DNA from: Bdellovibrionota bacterium
Lineage (GTDB): Bacteria > Bdellovibrionota_C > UBA2361 > JBIKWN01
Reading direction: 5' to 3'
NCBI GenBank assembly: GCA_044356295.1
Contig: JBIKWN010000005.1
Location: 7,176-71,175, forward strand
DNA: 64,000 bases
Positions 18,185 through 28,238 of this stretch are shown piece by piece; position 1 is the first letter of the stretch, and the number at the start of each line of letters is the position of its first letter. Below the pieces are notes generated by a model that was not told the origin of the DNA, made no database searches, and saw only the letters and a list, made by a program, of their open reading frames with translations. The translations under genes were made by a program, and so were the position numbers.

Positions 18185-19165
18185 ATGCGAACAAGGATGT
18201 TTCGCGGGACAGAAGTCTCGTCAGTGATGACTCAGATCAAAGAAGAAGTTGGAGATGATGCGTTTATTGTTTCTATGACAGAAGCATCTGGTCGAGTAGA
18301 AATTGAAGTAGGTGTTGATGATGGTCTCCCAATGGTACGTCTGGAGCATCCAATTACTGACGCAATTTTAGAACCTACAGCCGACGTTACTCATAAAAAT
18401 GATCTCATGACGCTCCTTCTTGAGCATGGTGTTTCTAAAGCCAACGCTCAATTAATCATAAAAGGCGCAAGCCCGGTAGCCAAAACAGAGATGTCTGCTG
18501 ATAGAAGAATTGGGCATGGACTTGATACCATTCTTGAATGTAATTCATTACTTCCACAGCGTTCAAATGTGATTGCAATTTGTGGAGCAACAGGTGTTGG
18601 AAAAACTACTACGATTGCAAAAATAGCAGCTCGTTTAAAGCAAAGCTTTGAAATGAAGATTGGTTTAATCGCGGCAGATACATACAGAGTAGGTGCTGGA
18701 TTCCATTTGCAGACGTATGCATCGCTTATGAATATGCCGTTTCGTCAGATTCAATCATCCGGAATCAAAGGCGCAAAAGAATTAAAAGACGCAGTCGATC
18801 AGTTTTCACAATATGATTTAGTATTGATTGATACATCAGGATGTGGACCTCGCGAAAAGGGCAGGATTGAAGACTTAGAAAAATCACTTTCTCTGATTCC
18901 TCAAGCAGAAAAAATGCTTGTGCTTCCTGCACCGTCGAATGATTTCGATCTTCATGCTGCCGCTCGATCTTTTGCAAAAATTGATTATAGCAGAGTTATT
19001 TTATCGAAAGTTGATGAAAGCGGTTTTATCGGTCCAGTTATAAATACGTTGATAGGATTAAAAAAGCCTTTGGCTTTTATTGCATCAGGGCAACGTGTTC
19101 CTGAAGATATTGAACCAGCGTCAAATCGACGACTTGGATGGATGCTCACGAGAGCAATGCAATAG
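18185..19165 (+). CDS. flhF: Flagellar biosynthesis SRP-type GTPase FlhF
   Basis: SRP54-type G domain: GATGVGKTTTIAKIAAR (G1), DTSG (G3) and the LSKVDE region. It follows flhA. Confidence 0.85.
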   Translation: MRTRMFRGTEVSSVMTQIKEEVGDDAFIVSMTEASGRVEIEVGVDDGLPMVRLEHPITDAILEPTADVTHKNDLMTLLLEHGVSKANAQLIIKGASPVAKTEMSADRRIGHGLDTILECNSLLPQRSNVIAICGATGVGKTTTIAKIAARLKQSFEMKIGLIAADTYRVGAGFHLQTYASLMNMPFRQIQSSGIKGAKELKDAVDQFSQYDLVLIDTSGCGPREKGRIEDLEKSLSLIPQAEKMLVLPAPSNDFDLHAAARSFAKIDYSRVILSKVDESGFIGPVINTLIGLKKPLAFIASGQRVPEDIEPASNRRLGWMLTRAMQ

Positions 19166-19249
19166 CAGTTAGGGGTAAGGAAAAAGTGTACAAAAATGTA
19201 CATAAAATCCTTGAAAAATCAGTAATTTGAATAATCAAAGAGAAAGCCA

Positions 19250-20212
19250 ATGAATTTAAAACAGTCACTAAAAAAAGGTGGAACGGGAAGTCGACCGCTC
19301 GAATCATATAGAGAGACGAGTATTAGACCGCAGCCGGCAGTGCGAGCCGATCAAGCTGAAGGTCTTCGTCGTTTAAACGTTCAAAAAAAGACTCCAAGTG
19401 GCATGAAAGGGATTACAAGAGTTATCAGTTTCACAAGTGGCAAAGGTGGAGTCGGAAAGACTCAAACCATTGTGAATACAGCTATTGCGCTTGCTCGAAT
19501 GGGTAAATCTGTTTTATTGCTTGATGCTGATCTTGGATTAGCAAATGTAAATGTACTTCTTGGTATAAATCCTAAATACACACTTCAAGATGTTTTCAGC
19601 GGTGCTAAATCGCTTCGAGATATTTTAATAACTGGTCCAGAAGGAATTTCAATCATTCCTGCTGCAAGTGGTGTTGAATCAATTTGTGAACTCAATACTC
19701 ACCAAAAACTCATGTTGCTTCAAGGTATTGAAGAAGTAGCACATGCTTATGATTACCTGTTAATAGATACACGAGCAGGAATCAGCAGTGATGTTATGTA
19801 TTTTAATACTGCATCATCTGAAATTATATGCGTCATCAATAATGAGCCAACATCGCTCACTGATGCATACGCAACAATAAAAGTTCTTTCAACAAATTAC
19901 GGCGAAAAACGGGTTCTCGTTGTCGCTAATAATGTCAGTGATGAGCGTGAAGGTATAAAAGCCTTTACTCGATTATCTCAGGCAGTTGAAAAGTTTCTAC
20001 ACATCGAGGTGACGTACCTTGGGTGTATTCCACGGGATGGGGCAGTATCACAGGCAATACAAAATCAGCAGCCGGTACTAGAGCTATTTCCTACATCACC
20101 TGCGTCACGTGCAATTGGTAAAATTGCATCACGCATTGATGAGGAGTTCTTACAGTATCGAGTTAAGGGGGGCATGCAGTTCTTCTTTGAGCAGATTTTA
20201 GCGGTGGGGTAA
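19250..20212 (+). CDS. flhG: MinD/ParA-type ATPase FlhG (FleN)
   Basis: Deviant Walker A SGKGGVGKT and MinD-like switch regions. It lies between flhF and fliA. The true start may be internal, at the Met of MKGITRV near 19400. Confidence 0.8.
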   Translation: MNLKQSLKKGGTGSRPLESYRETSIRPQPAVRADQAEGLRRLNVQKKTPSGMKGITRVISFTSGKGGVGKTQTIVNTAIALARMGKSVLLLDADLGLANVNVLLGINPKYTLQDVFSGAKSLRDILITGPEGISIIPAASGVESICELNTHQKLMLLQGIEEVAHAYDYLLIDTRAGISSDVMYFNTASSEIICVINNEPTSLTDAYATIKVLSTNYGEKRVLVVANNVSDEREGIKAFTRLSQAVEKFLHIEVTYLGCIPRDGAVSQAIQNQQPVLELFPTSPASRAIGKIASRIDEEFLQYRVKGGMQFFFEQILAVG

Positions 20213-20218
20213 CGGACA

Positions 20219-20455
20219 GTGGCTGAGACCAAGCGGGTCATCAAACGAGTAAGCTTTGTATTTATGCAAAAGCTTGCCGCGGCAGTTTCGCTCCTTGCTT
20301 TAGTAGTAACTACTTTGGCAGGGATTATGGGAGGCGCAAGGATCATCACCATTACCTACCGAGCAGCACTGGTGATCGTTGTCGTCGGAACACTGACTAG
20401 GATCATTATTAAGATTCTAGAAAGTTATGAGGAGATGAATAGTGGTAAAGGCTAA
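20219..20455 (+). CDS. Small hydrophobic hypothetical protein
   Basis: 78-aa ORF with two predicted TM segments, packed between flhG and fliA. The coding call is weak. Confidence 0.3.
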   Translation: MAETKRVIKRVSFVFMQKLAAAVSLLALVVTTLAGIMGGARIITITYRAALVIVVVGTLTRIIIKILESYEEMNSGKG

Positions 20456-21197
20456 AAAATCGGCAGCAGAAGCATACAAAGTAAACACCCCAGATCCACA
20501 AGACCGTGAGGAATTGATTCGTCAATACTTGCCACTTGTGAAGCGAGTTGTACATCGACTTTCTGGAAGACTACCTAAGGATATCGACATTCGAGAGATG
20601 TTGAACTCTGGTATTATTGGGTTGGTGGATGCACTGGAAAAATACGATCCAAAACATGAAACAAATTTTGCAACGTATGCACAGTTTCGAATTCGTGGTG
20701 CAATCTTAGATAGTTTCCGATCACAGGATTGGTTACCAAGATCGCTTCGATTCAAGTCTCATAAATTAGAACAAGCATATCAACGTATAGAACAAAAACT
20801 TGGGCGTCCCGCTACTGATGAAGAAGTTTCAATAGAGTTAGGAATTCCGATTGAAGAATTACAAAGTATGCTCAGCGAAGTTGGAAGCATTGTAATGCTT
20901 TCCTTTGAAGAGCTAGGATTTGGTCACGGTGAAGAACGATTCCAAGCTGACGATGTTGTCGCAAGTAAAGGACAAGATCCATTAGGACAAATTCTTGGAG
21001 CTGAAAAAATTAGTTTAATTGCTCGTGCACTTGATAGATTACCTGAAAAAGAGCGACTGGTTATAAGCCTTTATTTCTATGAAGAACTAAACTTGAAAGA
21101 GATTGGTGAAATTCTTGGAGTAACTGAGTCACGAGCATCACAAGTTCGTTCACGTGGATTAATTCGTCTTAAAAACTATCTTAAACACGCAATGTAA
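20442..21197 (+). CDS. fliA: Flagellar sigma factor FliA (sigma-28)
   Basis: Sigma-70 regions 2 and 4 (YLPLVKRVVHR..., region 4 LKEIGEILGVTESRASQVRSRGLIRLK). The size and context match sigma-28. Confidence 0.85.
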   Translation: MVKAKKSAAEAYKVNTPDPQDREELIRQYLPLVKRVVHRLSGRLPKDIDIREMLNSGIIGLVDALEKYDPKHETNFATYAQFRIRGAILDSFRSQDWLPRSLRFKSHKLEQAYQRIEQKLGRPATDEEVSIELGIPIEELQSMLSEVGSIVMLSFEELGFGHGEERFQADDVVASKGQDPLGQILGAEKISLIARALDRLPEKERLVISLYFYEELNLKEIGEILGVTESRASQVRSRGLIRLKNYLKHAM

Positions 21198-21209
21198 TCG
21201 AGAAGCTGT

Positions 21210-22391
21210 ATGGAAGAGCAAGGCTGCCCTCCAGTCAGTAACAGAATAGAGCAGATACTATTGCTAGAACCTTCTGCGCATGAAGTAAAGCATGCGCTCG
21301 AAGGTATTGTTGAACAGTTGCCACATATCTCACTGACAGAGGTGACAAATTTAGAAAGTTATAAAAAGCAGGTTAGTTCTGCTGATTATGATGTTGTCAT
21401 TCTTGACTATGATATATCTGGCGACCAAGCCATAAATCTTATCCATGAATTAAAGTTGAAAGATTATGAACCAGCTGTATTAATTGTTTCTTCTCATATT
21501 GATTCAAAAATATTTACAGAAGTTTATAATCAAGGACTCTATCGATACATTATTAAAGACGGAAAATGGCGAGATGAATTAGGTCCAGCGTTAAGGGCAT
21601 TGCTTCGGATACGGCGATTAGAAAACGAAAATAGAACCTTGCTCGCAAAATTAACGGAAGCAAACGCATTGCTCAATGACAAAAATAGAAGGCTCGACGA
21701 GTTTAGTGCAACACTTGCTCATGATATTCGTGGTCCTTTGGGTGGTATCTGTATGAAGCTTGAATATATTCTTGATTCATATGGCTCCGGATTTGACCCT
21801 AAACTTTTTGGTTTATTGGATAGAGCTCGAACTGCAAGTGAACGGCTAACATTAATCGTGCAGGCAATGTACGATTTTGCAAAACTCGGTAGAAAAGCTG
21901 CCAGAATGGAATCTGTAAATCTTGTTGAACTCGTACGACATGTTAGTCAGGACCTTTTATTTGATGAAGCGTTAGACATCTCATTGATAATAGATGAAAA
22001 ATTACCAGTTGTTTGGGGTAATCGAGAATTATTAACAAGGGTATTTCTAAACTTAATTCAGAATGCAGTGAAATATACCGATAAAGACAAAATCAAAATT
22101 GAGGTAGGGCTCTCTTGTATTGAATCAAAGACATTAGGCTCTTTTGCACGTATATTCGTGCGTGATAATGGGATTGGTATTCATCAAAAAGTACAGAATG
22201 AGATTTTTAATATTTTTTCCCGCGGCATACAGAATGCGTCTCATAAAAAAGAAGGGCTTGGATTAGGATTATCAGTTGTTCAACGTATTATCGAGCTTCA
22301 TTTTGGAAAAGTTTGGGTAGAGTCTGTTGTTGGATTAGGCAGTACGTTTTATATGTTACTTCCAATTGATGAGATTAGTTTTATTCGGTAA
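21210..22391 (+). CDS. Receiver-domain/histidine kinase hybrid (REC + HisKA + HATPase_c, no sensor domain)
   Basis: N-terminal REC-like segment (DVVILDYDISGDQ...LIVSSH...YIIKD); H-box FSATLAHDIRGPLGG; N, G1 and G2 boxes (QNAVKYT, DNGIGI, GLGLGLS). Confidence 0.75.
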   Translation: MEEQGCPPVSNRIEQILLLEPSAHEVKHALEGIVEQLPHISLTEVTNLESYKKQVSSADYDVVILDYDISGDQAINLIHELKLKDYEPAVLIVSSHIDSKIFTEVYNQGLYRYIIKDGKWRDELGPALRALLRIRRLENENRTLLAKLTEANALLNDKNRRLDEFSATLAHDIRGPLGGICMKLEYILDSYGSGFDPKLFGLLDRARTASERLTLIVQAMYDFAKLGRKAARMESVNLVELVRHVSQDLLFDEALDISLIIDEKLPVVWGNRELLTRVFLNLIQNAVKYTDKDKIKIEVGLSCIESKTLGSFARIFVRDNGIGIHQKVQNEIFNIFSRGIQNASHKKEGLGLGLSVVQRIIELHFGKVWVESVVGLGSTFYMLLPIDEISFIR

Positions 22392-22395
22392 CTGG

Positions 22396-23541
22396 TTACT
22401 GACGTAACTTAAGCAAACAAAGTGTTTCAACATGTGATGTTAGCGGAAACATATCGAAACATTGTGCTTTTTCTATCACATAGTCGCTTGTCAGTGACAT
22501 CAAATTATTCACCAATGATTCTGGATTACAGCTAGAATAAAGAAGCATTTTTGGCTTTTTAAGAGTTAAAAAATCAATAATATTTTTACTTAGTCCTCGT
22601 CGTGGTGGATTAACGATACATGTATCGAAGTCGAAATCTGACATTGGATCATGTGCTTCAAGATCCAATGTTTTAAAAGTAAGGTGTGGTATCTTGTTCG
22701 CCTGGGCACTCAGACCTGCAGCTTTTATTGCATCTTCAGTGATATCAATTCCTAGGCTTTTTTTACTGTGCGAGGCTGTAATAAGACTAAATGCTCCTGC
22801 ACCACAATACAATTCAAGAATAGAATTTGTTTCTGTTAACGTCAGCCATTCATTAGCTGTTTGGTAAAGTCTTGAAGCAATGAAAGGGGTAACCTGAAAA
22901 AAACTGGTTGGAGATAATGCAACTTTGATAGAGTTATATTCTTCCCAGATAAATTTTTCTTCTGACAGAAAAATTTCATATTCACCATCAAGTGATGCTT
23001 GATGTATAGGTTGAATTGAAAGAGCAAGAACTTTTAATTCCGGAAAATTCGAAAAAAAATTATTTTTTATTTTTTTAAATTTTTCTTCTAGAGCACGACT
23101 TCTGAGGATAATTCTTACCGAAACTTGGATTTGCGCTTGATTTGATGCAATCACCAAACCCTTTACTTCCCCTTTTTGTGTTTTTAAATTGTAAGGAGCC
23201 AAATTTTCCTTGATAACCTGGTTCTTAAAGAAGAGTAAGAATGCGTTGATAATTGGTACGTGAAGTGGACATTCCTCTAATGACTGTATCGATTCAGATG
23301 CATTGAAAAATCCAATACAAGGATCTTCTACTGAGCCTGAAATAGCAATTTTTGCCTTTGTTCTTGAATAAAACGGATTCGAAAGAATTTCTATTGGGAT
23401 TAATGAGACTTTTGGATCTACAATCTGAAGAGATTTCAATACCGCTTGCTCTTTTTGTTTAGCAGCTTGAATATGACCAAGCGGCATCAAGTTGCATGAT
23501 TGACATTCTTTTCGTTGAAAGTAATCACATAAATTATTCAT
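22396..23541 (-). CDS. RNA (uracil-C5)-methyltransferase, RlmC/RlmD (TrmA) family
   Basis: N-terminal Cys cluster (CDYFQRKECQSC); SAM motif LYCGAGAFSL; catalytic motif IV IVNPPRRGL; the C-terminal ...HVETLCLL is typical of this family. Confidence 0.7.
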   Translation of the reverse strand: MNNLCDYFQRKECQSCNLMPLGHIQAAKQKEQAVLKSLQIVDPKVSLIPIEILSNPFYSRTKAKIAISGSVEDPCIGFFNASESIQSLEECPLHVPIINAFLLFFKNQVIKENLAPYNLKTQKGEVKGLVIASNQAQIQVSVRIILRSRALEEKFKKIKNNFFSNFPELKVLALSIQPIHQASLDGEYEIFLSEEKFIWEEYNSIKVALSPTSFFQVTPFIASRLYQTANEWLTLTETNSILELYCGAGAFSLITASHSKKSLGIDITEDAIKAAGLSAQANKIPHLTFKTLDLEAHDPMSDFDFDTCIVNPPRRGLSKNIIDFLTLKKPKMLLYSSCNPESLVNNLMSLTSDYVIEKAQCFDMFPLTSHVETLCLLKLRQ

Positions 23542-24160
23542 CTTGAGCTAAGGACTCGCGAGAAAGAATATCTTTTTGTAATGAACGATTAGGTGGCTCA
23601 GTACCGAGCCAAATACGAAGCACTCCAGTTCCAAAAGTTTTGTCGTTATCATGGGTAAGTAATTGGTTGTTTAGGTTAACACTTATACCAGTTTCGCCGA
23701 AAATAATTTCAAGTTCATCATTTTCGGAAACGGCAGGAAGCATGCTAGAAAGTTCGTTTATTTTTGATAGAAAGTGAGATTCGGGATTGTTATCCATGAA
23801 GTTATCAGTAAAAGCCTCTTGGACATCATCCTTCGAAACATCTCTAAGAAAATGTATTCTTAAACGCTTTTCAGTATTCATAGCGAGTATTTCATGGGCG
23901 TTTTCAGAAGGAATGTGCAAATAAAGTCCTGCAGCGTAGACTTTGATTTTAAATAAAGTCACTTTCCTATAGCCAATACCATTCAAGAAAAGATCTGAAC
24001 CTGAAGAATTTTTGATTACTTTTGGGAATGAGACTCCATCCTCAGTGATAATAGACTGAGCAAAGCAGATATTAGTAATAAATAATTGTGAGAGTAACGC
24101 AACAAGGAAGGGTTTTAGCCACATATTGCTATAGTATGAAAGGGAATGCCTTGCATGCAA
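23534..24160 (-). CDS. Chalcone-isomerase-like domain protein (periplasmic)
   Basis: Signal peptide; GVSFPKV...LNGIGYRKVTLFKIKVYAAGLYL matches the Chalcone_3 family pattern. Confidence 0.55.
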   Translation of the reverse strand: MHARHSLSYYSNMWLKPFLVALLSQLFITNICFAQSIITEDGVSFPKVIKNSSGSDLFLNGIGYRKVTLFKIKVYAAGLYLHIPSENAHEILAMNTEKRLRIHFLRDVSKDDVQEAFTDNFMDNNPESHFLSKINELSSMLPAVSENDELEIIFGETGISVNLNNQLLTHDNDKTFGTGVLRIWLGTEPPNRSLQKDILSRESLAQDE

Positions 24161-24169
24161 GGTTGAAAA

Positions 24170-24937
24170 CTAAGAAAGATTACTTTCCATTTTACTTATA
24201 AAACAAGGTAAATCTGCAAATGATTCAAGAACAGCATCAGCTCCCGCTTCAATGAGATCTTGAAATGTTGCTAGACCGGTTACAACTCCAACGACATACA
24301 TTCCAATTCTTTTTGCAGATTTTACATCATCAACACTGTCACCAATGACGAGACATTCTTTTGGATAAACCCAGAGGGTAGAGCTTGCCTGCTGAAAAAG
24401 AAATTCTTTATAAGCGCCATTTGAGTATGGATCTTGTCTAAAAATTGTTGCATCAAGTTTACTTAATAAAAATGTTTGCGATAAATGCTCAAAGAGTACG
24501 GGACTATGTTCACGAGCACAGCAAAGTGCTATCAGGAGTCCACTAGATCTAAGTTGATCGATCGCAGGATCTATATTAGATAGAAGTGGATTTAGCTCTT
24601 CTCGAAGTTGCCCAAGCTTTTGATAACATACATGATGAAAATATTCACGATTACATGATTGACCGTTTTTGCTAATAAAATAGTCGTTAACAGCTTGAAA
24701 AAGATCTTCAATTCTTTTAATTAAATGATTGTCAGGAATTATATTTGAAGGACAACCAAAGAATGTAGCTATTTTTTTTGCATATCTATTGAAATCTTTA
24801 TGATCCGGTTCAATGAGTGTCCCATCTAGATCGGTAAGTATGGCCTTAAGGTTTTTTGGAAAAAGAGTTTGAGTAATAGGCACTGAAAATGAGAGTTGGT
24901 TGAAGAGGGAGTTACCTAAGACTGCTGTGACTGTCAT
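24170..24937 (-). CDS. HAD-superfamily hydrolase
   Basis: Motif I LTDLDGTL; motif IV GDSVDDVKSA (DD) near the C-terminus. Confidence 0.7.
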   Translation of the reverse strand: MTVTAVLGNSLFNQLSFSVPITQTLFPKNLKAILTDLDGTLIEPDHKDFNRYAKKIATFFGCPSNIIPDNHLIKRIEDLFQAVNDYFISKNGQSCNREYFHHVCYQKLGQLREELNPLLSNIDPAIDQLRSSGLLIALCCAREHSPVLFEHLSQTFLLSKLDATIFRQDPYSNGAYKEFLFQQASSTLWVYPKECLVIGDSVDDVKSAKRIGMYVVGVVTGLATFQDLIEAGADAVLESFADLPCFISKMESNLS

Positions 24938-24996
24938 TACAAGAGGTAATATCTCAAATATCGCACCTCTAACCTAGAAATTTTACTCGTGCGTTA

Positions 24997-25437
24997 TCAA
25001 GAACATTTTTGACAGATCCCAAAGAACTCTAATATATGACCAGTAATTTTGAATTTATGTTTTTTTTGTATACTTTTTTCTAAAGAATCAAGATCATTTG
25101 GCATCTCAACACATTGAATATATTGGCATTTTACGCAGACCAGATGGTGGTGATGATGATTTGGATCTGTTAGTTCATATCTTTTTTGACCTTCAAGAAG
25201 ATCGATCTCGTTAACAACTGATTGTTCTTTTAAAAACTGTAATTCTCGGTAGACAGTAGTTTTGTTAACGTCTCTTCCATGTTTTTTTAACATCAAGATT
25301 AGATCACTTGCAGCAACCGGAGACGTAACCTTAGAAAGATGGGTAACGATAAGAGTTCTGGTTTTTGTTGTTCGATGACCATTCTGCTTCAATGTTTCTA
25401 AAAGCGTTTTAGCTTCTAATTGATTATTCTTATTCAT
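24997..25437 (-). CDS. Fur-family metalloregulator (Fur/Zur/PerR type)
   Basis: 146 aa. Winged-helix N-terminus; His-rich hinge HHHHHLVCVKCQ plus a CxxC pair, typical of Fur-family metal sites. It overlaps the nadB stop by 4 nt. Confidence 0.8.
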   Translation of the reverse strand: MNKNNQLEAKTLLETLKQNGHRTTKTRTLIVTHLSKVTSPVAASDLILMLKKHGRDVNKTTVYRELQFLKEQSVVNEIDLLEGQKRYELTDPNHHHHHLVCVKCQYIQCVEMPNDLDSLEKSIQKKHKFKITGHILEFFGICQKCS

Positions 25438-27014
25438 AAAGATTCAATAATAGTGGGGACGTTGAGCTGCTCATGAAGTTCTGGAAAATCAAGGGTAAAA
25501 TGTAATCCTCTACTTTCTTTTCTTTTGAGTGCACTTTCAATAATTAATTTTGCGACAAGAGTTAAGTTTCTCAGTTCAAGTAGATCAGGAGTGATTTTAA
25601 AATCCCAATAGTAGCTTTCAATTTCTTGAGCCATTAACTGTACTCGATGTTTTGCACGTTCCAATCGTTTGGTAGTTCGAACAATTCCAACATAGTTCCA
25701 CATAGCCCGACGTATCTCATCCCAATTTTGTGAAATAACAACTTGTTCATCACTATTGGTCGCTTCACCACTGTTCCAAGCTGGAATATCTTCTCGTATT
25801 ACCATAGAAGTGCAGTTTTTGACGGCATGTATTGCTGCTCGTTTTCCAAATACTAATCCTTCTAATAATGAGTTTGAAGCAAGTCGATTAGCTCCGTGAA
25901 GCCCTGTATAGGCGGCTTCTCCTGCAACATAGAGTCCTTCGATAGTAGTAGCACCGTGTTCATCAGTAACAACGCCACCACAACAGTAGTGGGCAGCAGG
26001 AACAACTGGTATGGGAGTAGTCGCGATATCAATTCCAAATGAAAGGCACCGTTCATACACAGTTGGAAAATGCTCTTTCAGATATGAAGCAGGCTTATGT
26101 GTAACATCGAGAAGGACATAGTCTTCTCCATGTGTTTTCATTTCATTATCAATAGCTCGAGCAACAATATCCCTTGGAGCAAGCTCTTTAAGGGAATGAT
26201 ACTTACTCATAAACGCTTCACCGTTTATTCTCTTGAGGATACCACCTTCACCGCGAAGAGCTTCAGTGATAAGAAATGATTTAGCCTGAGGATGATATAA
26301 ACATGTTGGATGAAATTGGAAAAATTCTAGGTTAGCAACCGAGACACCAGCGCGAAAACACATTGCGATACCATCACCTGTAGCAACATCAGGATTTGAA
26401 GTATAAAGATATACTTTTCCAGCTCCACCTGTTGCAACACATGTTTTTTTTGCAAAAATACTTTTGACAGTTCCTTTTTCATCTAATACATAGGCACCGT
26501 AACAAGTGTCTACAGGAGCAGATCTATCAATCTGCTCTCGAGTTGTTAAAAGGTCTACAGCAAAATGATTTTCAAGAAATGTAATATTTGAATTTTGTTT
26601 TGCTGTATCAAGGAGGGTTTTAAGGATAATCCATCCGGTAGCGTCACCTGCATGAAAAATTCTTCTTCGAGAGTGTCCTCCTTCTTGGTGGAGGTGATAC
26701 TTCCCATTTTCTTTATCAAAGATTGCACCAAGTTTTATTAGCTCATCAACTCGGTCGATACCTTCATTCACTACTATTTCAACAATTTTCTTGTCGCTCA
26801 GATTTGCACCTGCAGTGATGGTGTCTTGAATGTGTAGTTCTGAACTATCGTCTGCCTCAGTTACTGCAGCAATGCCTCCCTGTGCCCAAGAAGTGGATGT
26901 CGTGGTGAGTTCTTTCTTTGAAACAACTAAAACTTTACCATGCTTTGCTGCCTCAAGAGCAAAGGTAAGCCCTGCAATTCCAGAACCAAGAACGAGGAAG
27001 TCAGTTTTAATCAT
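25434..27014 (-). CDS. nadB: L-aspartate oxidase
   Basis: FAD-binding N-terminus DFLVLGSGIAGL, and the succinate dehydrogenase/fumarate reductase flavoprotein fold motifs (HYxxGG, RGEGG). Confidence 0.9.
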   Translation of the reverse strand: MIKTDFLVLGSGIAGLTFALEAAKHGKVLVVSKKELTTTSTSWAQGGIAAVTEADDSSELHIQDTITAGANLSDKKIVEIVVNEGIDRVDELIKLGAIFDKENGKYHLHQEGGHSRRRIFHAGDATGWIILKTLLDTAKQNSNITFLENHFAVDLLTTREQIDRSAPVDTCYGAYVLDEKGTVKSIFAKKTCVATGGAGKVYLYTSNPDVATGDGIAMCFRAGVSVANLEFFQFHPTCLYHPQAKSFLITEALRGEGGILKRINGEAFMSKYHSLKELAPRDIVARAIDNEMKTHGEDYVLLDVTHKPASYLKEHFPTVYERCLSFGIDIATTPIPVVPAAHYCCGGVVTDEHGATTIEGLYVAGEAAYTGLHGANRLASNSLLEGLVFGKRAAIHAVKNCTSMVIREDIPAWNSGEATNSDEQVVISQNWDEIRRAMWNYVGIVRTTKRLERAKHRVQLMAQEIESYYWDFKITPDLLELRNLTLVAKLIIESALKRKESRGLHFTLDFPELHEQLNVPTIIESL

Positions 27015-27167
27015 TGGAAGATACTATCATTGAAACCTACCTTTTGCAGCTATATCCGAGGCTTTGTATCAAGAGTTTGTTGATTTCAGGATGAGTCCTT
27101 GCAACCAGTTAATGGAAGTCTAATACTTAGGACTCTATTCCCTGACAAGTAGGTTATATTAAATAAA

Positions 27168-28217
27168 ATGAGTAACAGTTCACAAGAATTTTACATGAGA
27201 AAAGCCCTTTCTCTTGCAGAGCAGGGATTTCCTAAGACCCGCCCAAACCCTATGGTTGGAGCAGTATTAGTTTCTAAAGATCAAGAAATCATAGGTGAAG
27301 GGTTTCACAGAGCTTATGGTGAACCACATGCCGAAGTTGTATGCCTAAATGATGCTCAACTAAAAGGAGCATCGGCAGATGTTATAGCTTCTTCAACACT
27401 CTATGTAACGTTAGAGCCTTGTGCTCATTCAGGAAAGACGCCACCGTGTATTGATACTATTATTTCTCATAACATAAAAAAAATTGTTGTGAGTACTCTA
27501 GATCCGAATCCATTAGTAAATGGAGAAGGGATTGCTGCCCTTCAACGTGCGGGTATTGAAGTAATTACAGGTGTATTAGAGAAAGAATCACAGTTACTCA
27601 ATAAACGTTTCTTTTGTTTCCATCAAAAGAAACGTCCCTATGTTATTTTGAAATGGGCTCAAACCATCGATGGTTTTATTGCTCAGGAAGACGGGACCTC
27701 AAAATGGATCTCTGGTGAATCAGCACGAGGGCTTGTCCATAAATGGCGAGATGAAGAGATGGCAATCATGATCGGGACGATGACTGCAATCTTGGACAAT
27801 CCATTTTTAACTTCAAGATTAGTTGGTGGAAGAAATCCTGTGCGGATTATTCTAGATAGAGAATTAAAAATCCCAACAAGTTTTAATGTTTTTGATGAGT
27901 CTGCAAAAACGATACTTTTTAATGAGCTTGAGGATTATAACTACGGAGCAGCAGAGCTAGTTAAAATCCCTTTTGACGCGGATCTTTTGCCTCACATTTT
28001 AGATATTCTTTATCAACGAGGATTACAGTCATTGATTGTTGAAGGGGGAAGTAAGCTATTGCATTCATTTATTGATCTGAAGCTATGGGATGAAGCCCGT
28101 ATCGTTGTAAATGAAAAAAAATTTCTTAAAGGTATTCCTGCACCAAAAATGACGCTTCCTCATGAGCCTACGATGAGCTTTCTACATGATAAGGATAAGC
28201 TCTATATTATTTCATAA
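27168..28217 (+). CDS. ribD: Bifunctional riboflavin biosynthesis deaminase/reductase RibD
   Basis: CMP/dCMP deaminase zinc motif HAEVVCL...TLEPCAHSGKTPPC, followed by a RibD_C reductase domain. The probable start is MRKALSLA (27195). Confidence 0.85.
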   Translation: MSNSSQEFYMRKALSLAEQGFPKTRPNPMVGAVLVSKDQEIIGEGFHRAYGEPHAEVVCLNDAQLKGASADVIASSTLYVTLEPCAHSGKTPPCIDTIISHNIKKIVVSTLDPNPLVNGEGIAALQRAGIEVITGVLEKESQLLNKRFFCFHQKKRPYVILKWAQTIDGFIAQEDGTSKWISGESARGLVHKWRDEEMAIMIGTMTAILDNPFLTSRLVGGRNPVRIILDRELKIPTSFNVFDESAKTILFNELEDYNYGAAELVKIPFDADLLPHILDILYQRGLQSLIVEGGSKLLHSFIDLKLWDEARIVVNEKKFLKGIPAPKMTLPHEPTMSFLHDKDKLYIIS

Positions 28218-28238
28218 TCTCTATGTACTGATTGATTC

